Source: Candidatus Woesearchaeota archaeon
Lineage (GTDB): Archaea > Nanobdellota > Nanobdellia > Pacearchaeales > GW2011-AR1
Assembly: GCA_964389765.1 (NCBI GenBank)
Contig: CAYMES010000002.1
Coordinates: forward strand, 1-58,485
Direction: 5' to 3'
Length of the DNA: 58,485 nt
The notes beneath the pieces are model-generated. The model ran no database searches, had not been told where the DNA came from, and saw only the letters and a list, made by a program, of their open reading frames with translations. The position numbers and the translations under genes were made by a program. This document shows, one piece after another, positions 56,201 to 58,485 of the stretch (position 1 is its first letter; each line of letters opens with the position of its first letter).

Positions 56201-56917
56201 AGGGTTTTTTGAATCAGCAGATTTCCATGTTAAAACTTTTTTAAATTCCTTTTCTTTATTATGTTTATCAGAAGTTTTACCATATAAAGAAATCATTAGG
56301 ATGTCACCTTTTCCAATTTCAAATTTACTTGTTTCTATATCAAATGCAAGTATTTTTGGTTTGAATTTTAGATTTTTTTGTTCTTTTTGTTTTAGTTTTT
56401 TAAAAGAATTTAATTTATAGCAGTTTAGGTCAAGGCATTCAGATAAATAGCCAAAATCTTCACTATCTAACTTTTCAATGTTTACATTATGCCATTTTAA
56501 AGGCAAGATGTTTTTATCCATAATATATTTTGTAATTAGACGCATATCATATTCTCTTCTTGCATATATCTCAGAAAAATCAAGTTCATCTGCAACAGCA
56601 TGAGAATCTTTATAGTTTTCAACAAATATTTTAATGGCTTTATGTTTTTTTCCGAGAAAATTTTTATCATGAATTTCAGTTTTAAGAACTTTTGTTTTTC
56701 TTCCTGCTCTTTCAACCTGGATTTTTTCAATTTTTTGTTTTATTTTTTGAATTTTTTTATCACTTGTATTTTGTTTTAATATTGCCCAGAAATTTGGTTC
56801 ATAACTATCTATTATACAGATTTTTTCATTTTGAGAAGTTCTTCCAAATATCCTTATGTAGTTTTTACCTTTCCAGTCAAAATAATCATAATCAAGAGGT
56901 ATAAATTTGAGGTTCAT
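53210..56917 (-). CDS. polB: Family B DNA polymerase (intein-containing precursor)
   Basis: Exo I FDIET, motif A DFTSMYASVI, motif B KLLANAAYGY, and motif C YSD/TDS split by the intein. The extein is 841 aa. Confidence 0.93.
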   Translation of the reverse strand: MNLKFIPLDYDYFDWKGKNYIRIFGRTSQNEKICIIDSYEPNFWAILKQNTSDKKIQKIKQKIEKIQVERAGRKTKVLKTEIHDKNFLGKKHKAIKIFVENYKDSHAVADELDFSEIYARREYDMRLITKYIMDKNILPLKWHNVNIEKLDSEDFGYLSECLDLNCYKLNSFKKLKQKEQKNLKFKPKILAFDIETSKFEIGKGDILMISLYGKTSDKHNKEKEFKKVLTWKSADSKNPDFVQSFPSERQMLKQFVKYVKDYDPDFLVGYFSDGFDLPYLRAAAENNNIKLDIGLDNSQPIFSKGRLSKGKITGIIHIDIYRFIESVYSQYLQSETLGLNDIASELLGEKKHDFDFSKLEYLDKNDWKDFFKYNLQDSKLTYLLFKKTWPDIQEFTNIIQEPIFRITRNSMSAHVEDYILHNLHLYNEIAEKRPLHDEIGKRRAKGKYEGAFVFQPLPGLYENIGMFDFTSMYASVIVSYNLSLSTLIENKSTLKNKDIIKVNLDKEGNVYFSKKQGFFPKMLKEIINLRKQYKRQYNKNKNPITKARSNAYKLLANAAYGYQGYFGARYYCREAAASTAKLAKENILNAIENIKKQGYEIIYSDSIDGKTKIFIRKKGNVYEEEIEKIFERIDKKTGLGKEYNFKKNIEVLTIDKEGNSVFKPIVYVMRHKCNKKIYRVWFTNHWYIDVTEDHSLIGYQSTKHNQSNEKKQNPIKRLIEIKPGEVKEKANSIITLKKINCENSKEKKYPKEIYEFLGYFIGDGSFMPNKYGKNYYLRISAGKDTKELKNKLITPLQKKGYIKNIWEREKGDIVVNGLKLVNLVFNNCRKSKKKIIPRWLFYEKEENIASFLRGLFSANGCVMLRGGAPIIKYTSVREDYIKEARKLLYRIGISHSVFKENTKNTYKTKDRIYSSDSYSKNIIVKNKEAFAEKIGFLLERKNKRAQVTSKSLKKSIVNQFEFDIQNVKNIEKIKTPNYIYDIEVRDNHRFFANYVLVHNTDSIAFLLNNKTQKQTLEFLNKLNSKLPGIMELELEDFYKRGLFVSKRTVSTGAKKKYALIDYNKQLKVRGFETVRRDWCNLARELQNKVLELILKNGNEKSALKYLKKTIKKVKNKNIEKKQLIIKTQLKKPLSEYIAKGPHVIAALKMEEQGIGAEQGDLIEYYVAETKNGKSKTKQLVRERVKLPNEKGRYDISYYLNNQIKPAVENIFKVFNVNVEEIIEEIVQGSRQKKLF
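53921..55102 (-). mobile_element. 394-aa intein with LAGLIDADG homing-endonuclease domain in PolB motif C
   Basis: Starts SIDGKTKIF after ..IIYSD, has block B VTEDHSL, LAGLIDADG motifs LGYFIGDGSF and FLRGLFSANGCV, and ends YVLVHN followed by TDSIAF. Confidence 0.88.
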
Positions 56918-56988
56918 AAATAAAAAAGGAGTAAAGGCTTTTTATAGTTTAAGATACCTTTTATTTTTATTTTGTTATCATTTTATAA

Positions 56989-57020
56989 TGATTACATATA
57001 GAAAGATTTAAAAAGAGGGG
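56989..57020 (+). promoter_or_regulatory. BRE/TATA-like promoter block, copy 2 of the duplicated motif
   Basis: tgattacatatagaaagatttaaaaagagggg lies about 48 nt upstream of the ATG at 57068. Confidence 0.5.
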
Positions 57021-57067
57021 ATATGTAGGTTTTATACATAAAATATGTATAAATAGTTAAAGGAAAG

Positions 57068-57631
57068 ATGGTAAATATAAGAGTTGCAAAGCTTGAAGAT
57101 ATAAGTAAAGTTAAAGATATAATTGATAGTTTGCAAGTTTCAAGAAAGCAGCAAGATTGGGAGCAGAGAGAAGATGGTTTATTTGAATATCCAAAATCTG
57201 AACAAGAATTAAGAAGAGCTTTAAATCCTTATTTTATAGTTGCAGAAATAGAACAAGGAATTAGAGGGTTTTTTTTAGGTTATGATGATATTTTTTTTAA
57301 AGATAGATTTTCAGATAGTCAAGAAGAATTTAGATTTGTTTTAGATAATGTTAGAGGAGATTTTGTTTATCTTGACCAAGGAGGAGTTGTTAATTCTGAA
57401 TCATTAGGAAAAGGAAGAATTGTTTTTGGATTATGGGAAAGCTTGGTTTCAAAAGCAGTTAGAGATAGAAAAGATAAAATAATTACATATGTTTGTCATA
57501 AACCTTTGTTAAATGTTCGTTCTAAAAGATTTGTAGAAGGAAGAGGATTTCATAATTTTAAAGAACTTCTTATAGGAGATGGAATTGTTCTTGGTGCTTA
57601 TGAATTAAATTTACATGAAGATAGAAAATGA
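57068..57631 (+). CDS. Hypothetical protein, possibly GNAT-like
   Basis: IRVAKLEDISKVKDII start and size are GNAT-like, but the acetyl-CoA motif is not clear. Confidence 0.3.
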   Translation: MVNIRVAKLEDISKVKDIIDSLQVSRKQQDWEQREDGLFEYPKSEQELRRALNPYFIVAEIEQGIRGFFLGYDDIFFKDRFSDSQEEFRFVLDNVRGDFVYLDQGGVVNSESLGKGRIVFGLWESLVSKAVRDRKDKIITYVCHKPLLNVRSKRFVEGRGFHNFKELLIGDGIVLGAYELNLHEDRK

Positions 57632-58041
57632 CAGGTAAATTAAATTATAAAGATTATATTGTTTCAGATAAAGATCATTGTACATTTCTCCATAGAACAT
57701 TTAGAGACTGTGTTCCAAGTATTCTTGAAAAAGGTCTACAATCAGGTACAGATATAAGGTCATCTACAACATGGCAACCACAAGAATTAGAAAAAGCAAT
57801 AGGAATATATGATCAAGGAAGAGATTATGGAAATTCAGTTATTGTTATTAAAATTCCAAGACAATTGTGGGAATCTGTAAGATTAGATCCTGAATATAGA
57901 GGAGATGAAGTTATGCATCCTAGTATTGGTTATTTTTCAGATTCTTTAAAATTTACAGTTAAGCCAGAATTTGTAAAAGCTTGGATAGATAGAGATACAA
58001 ATGAAGTTCATTTAAAGGAGGATGAAAATGAAAGAAGATAA
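57628..58041 (+). CDS. Hypothetical protein
   Basis: 137-aa ORF with ATGA overlap to the upstream gene. Confidence 0.45.
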   Translation: MTGKLNYKDYIVSDKDHCTFLHRTFRDCVPSILEKGLQSGTDIRSSTTWQPQELEKAIGIYDQGRDYGNSVIVIKIPRQLWESVRLDPEYRGDEVMHPSIGYFSDSLKFTVKPEFVKAWIDRDTNEVHLKEDENERR

Positions 58042-58213
58042 AAATCAAGAGAATAATAAGCAATTCACAATAACAAAGAAAATTGCAAAGCATGGAGGTC
58101 AGGCAATTATTGTTGTGCCAAGAGTTTTACAAGAACAACTACTGCCAGGTACAGTAGCTAAAATCACCATAGATGTTTTAAAAGAAAATTCACGAGAGGA
58201 GGCAGGAAGATGA
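58022..58213 (+). CDS. Small AbrB/SpoVT-like protein
   Basis: KHGGQAIIVVPRVLQEQLLPGTVAKITIDV. Confidence 0.35.
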   Translation: MKMKEDKNQENNKQFTITKKIAKHGGQAIIVVPRVLQEQLLPGTVAKITIDVLKENSREEAGR

Positions 58214-58467
58214 ATGAAGTAGCTAAAGAACCCTACACAGGATTTTCTTTAAGAGGAACAAGAGGTAGAGAACCAATAGCTTTTGAAAGCAGATTAGCAG
58301 AACCAATAGATAGCGATACATTCACATCAACAGGAAGAACTATAGGGTATGGTTGCTGGGGGATAGTTGATGAGTATAGGGACCCTTCAGATCGTAGCTG
58401 GGCTATTAAAAGGTTCTGCCCAACTGGTGGTGTGCGACCAGGTGACATATGTCACCCCCTAAAATAA
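58210..58467 (+). CDS. Short ORF resembling a protein-kinase N-lobe fragment
   Basis: IGYGCWGIVDEY....WAIKRF (Gly-rich loop plus AxK). GC-richer than its surroundings. It stops after 85 aa, 18 nt before the window end. Confidence 0.3.
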   Translation: MNEVAKEPYTGFSLRGTRGREPIAFESRLAEPIDSDTFTSTGRTIGYGCWGIVDEYRDPSDRSWAIKRFCPTGGVRPGDICHPLK

Positions 58468-58485
58468 TTTAGTAAAATCAAAGTA

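Noticed and set aside
55401-56904. ORFs 55401-55613 (+), 56536-56730 (-) and 56692-56904 (+) inside polB
   Set aside because: They are alternative-frame or antisense shadows within the polymerase gene.
1-58485. Integron integrase, transposase, or any tyrosine/serine recombinase
   Set aside because: I looked for recombinase-like ORFs near the cassette array, the tRNA islet and the tfs duplication. None of the ORFs shows R..H..R..Y-type or DDE-type features, so the mobile-looking structures are recombinase-less within this window.
1-58485. Stop-codon reassignment (TGA or TAG read as sense), suggested by in-frame stops at 28635, 53081 and 5906
   Set aside because: TGA terminates uppS (11314) and ORF 12076-12660. 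TAG terminates many well-supported genes (15493, 16382, 20232, 23579, 24677, 25498). The three cases are better explained as pseudogenes or short ORFs.
1-58485. CRISPR arrays, rRNA genes, additional tRNAs
   Set aside because: No regularly spaced short direct repeats and no rRNA-like conserved stretches were seen. Only one cloverleaf-capable GC-rich island was found (27206-27280).

Overview
This is an AT-rich archaeal chromosome segment. Its gene content and style fit a small-genome DPANN-type archaeon, which is an inference. Archaeal markers are TFS, an intein-containing family-B DNA polymerase, CDC48, a Sec11-type signal peptidase, type-2 MetAP, DUF99 and a Nip7-like PUA protein. Many secreted lipoproteins and several bacterial-type genes are also present. 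TAA, TAG and TGA all act as stops.

Main contents, in order:

1. 0.15-5.5 kb: seven unrelated minus-strand ORFs, each separated by a GC-rich structured repeat with shared sequence blocks and core-site-like inverted ends. This is an integron-like cassette array with no integrase in view, and it is the most unusual structure in the window.
2. 6-20 kb: housekeeping and accessory genes. These include ITPase, a P-loop/CYTH-like/P-loop operon, UppS plus a polyprenol kinase-like protein, SerRS, PIMT, DUF99 and a GH3-family ligase.
3. 20.9-25.5 kb: a mirrored cluster of exported alpha/beta-hydrolases, lipoproteins and Tat-signal proteins.
4. 25.5-32 kb: endonuclease III, a Toprim protein and tRNA-Lys(CUU). 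Next to the tRNA lies a decayed islet with vapB, a nonsense-mutated vapC, and a 127-bp duplicate of the tfs 3' end bracketing a two-gene insertion. TFS and signal peptidase follow.
5. 32.5-42.4 kb: CDC48, MetAP2, a relE-type TA pair, GNAT, Nudix and an NSUN methyltransferase.
6. 42.5-52.3 kb: a 12-gene co-directional NAD salvage/recycling supercluster of largely bacterial type. Its order of transcription is pncB, pncA, nucleosidase, nadE, Nudix, pnuC, nadR, ADP-ribosylglycohydrolase, nadK, nadD, radical SAM, nrtR. Candidate NrtR palindromes sit at both ends.
7. 53.2-56.9 kb: PolB split in its YxDTDS motif by a 394-aa LAGLIDADG intein.

No rRNA, CRISPR array or transposase was seen. All functional calls come from motif recognition by eye, and no searches were run.
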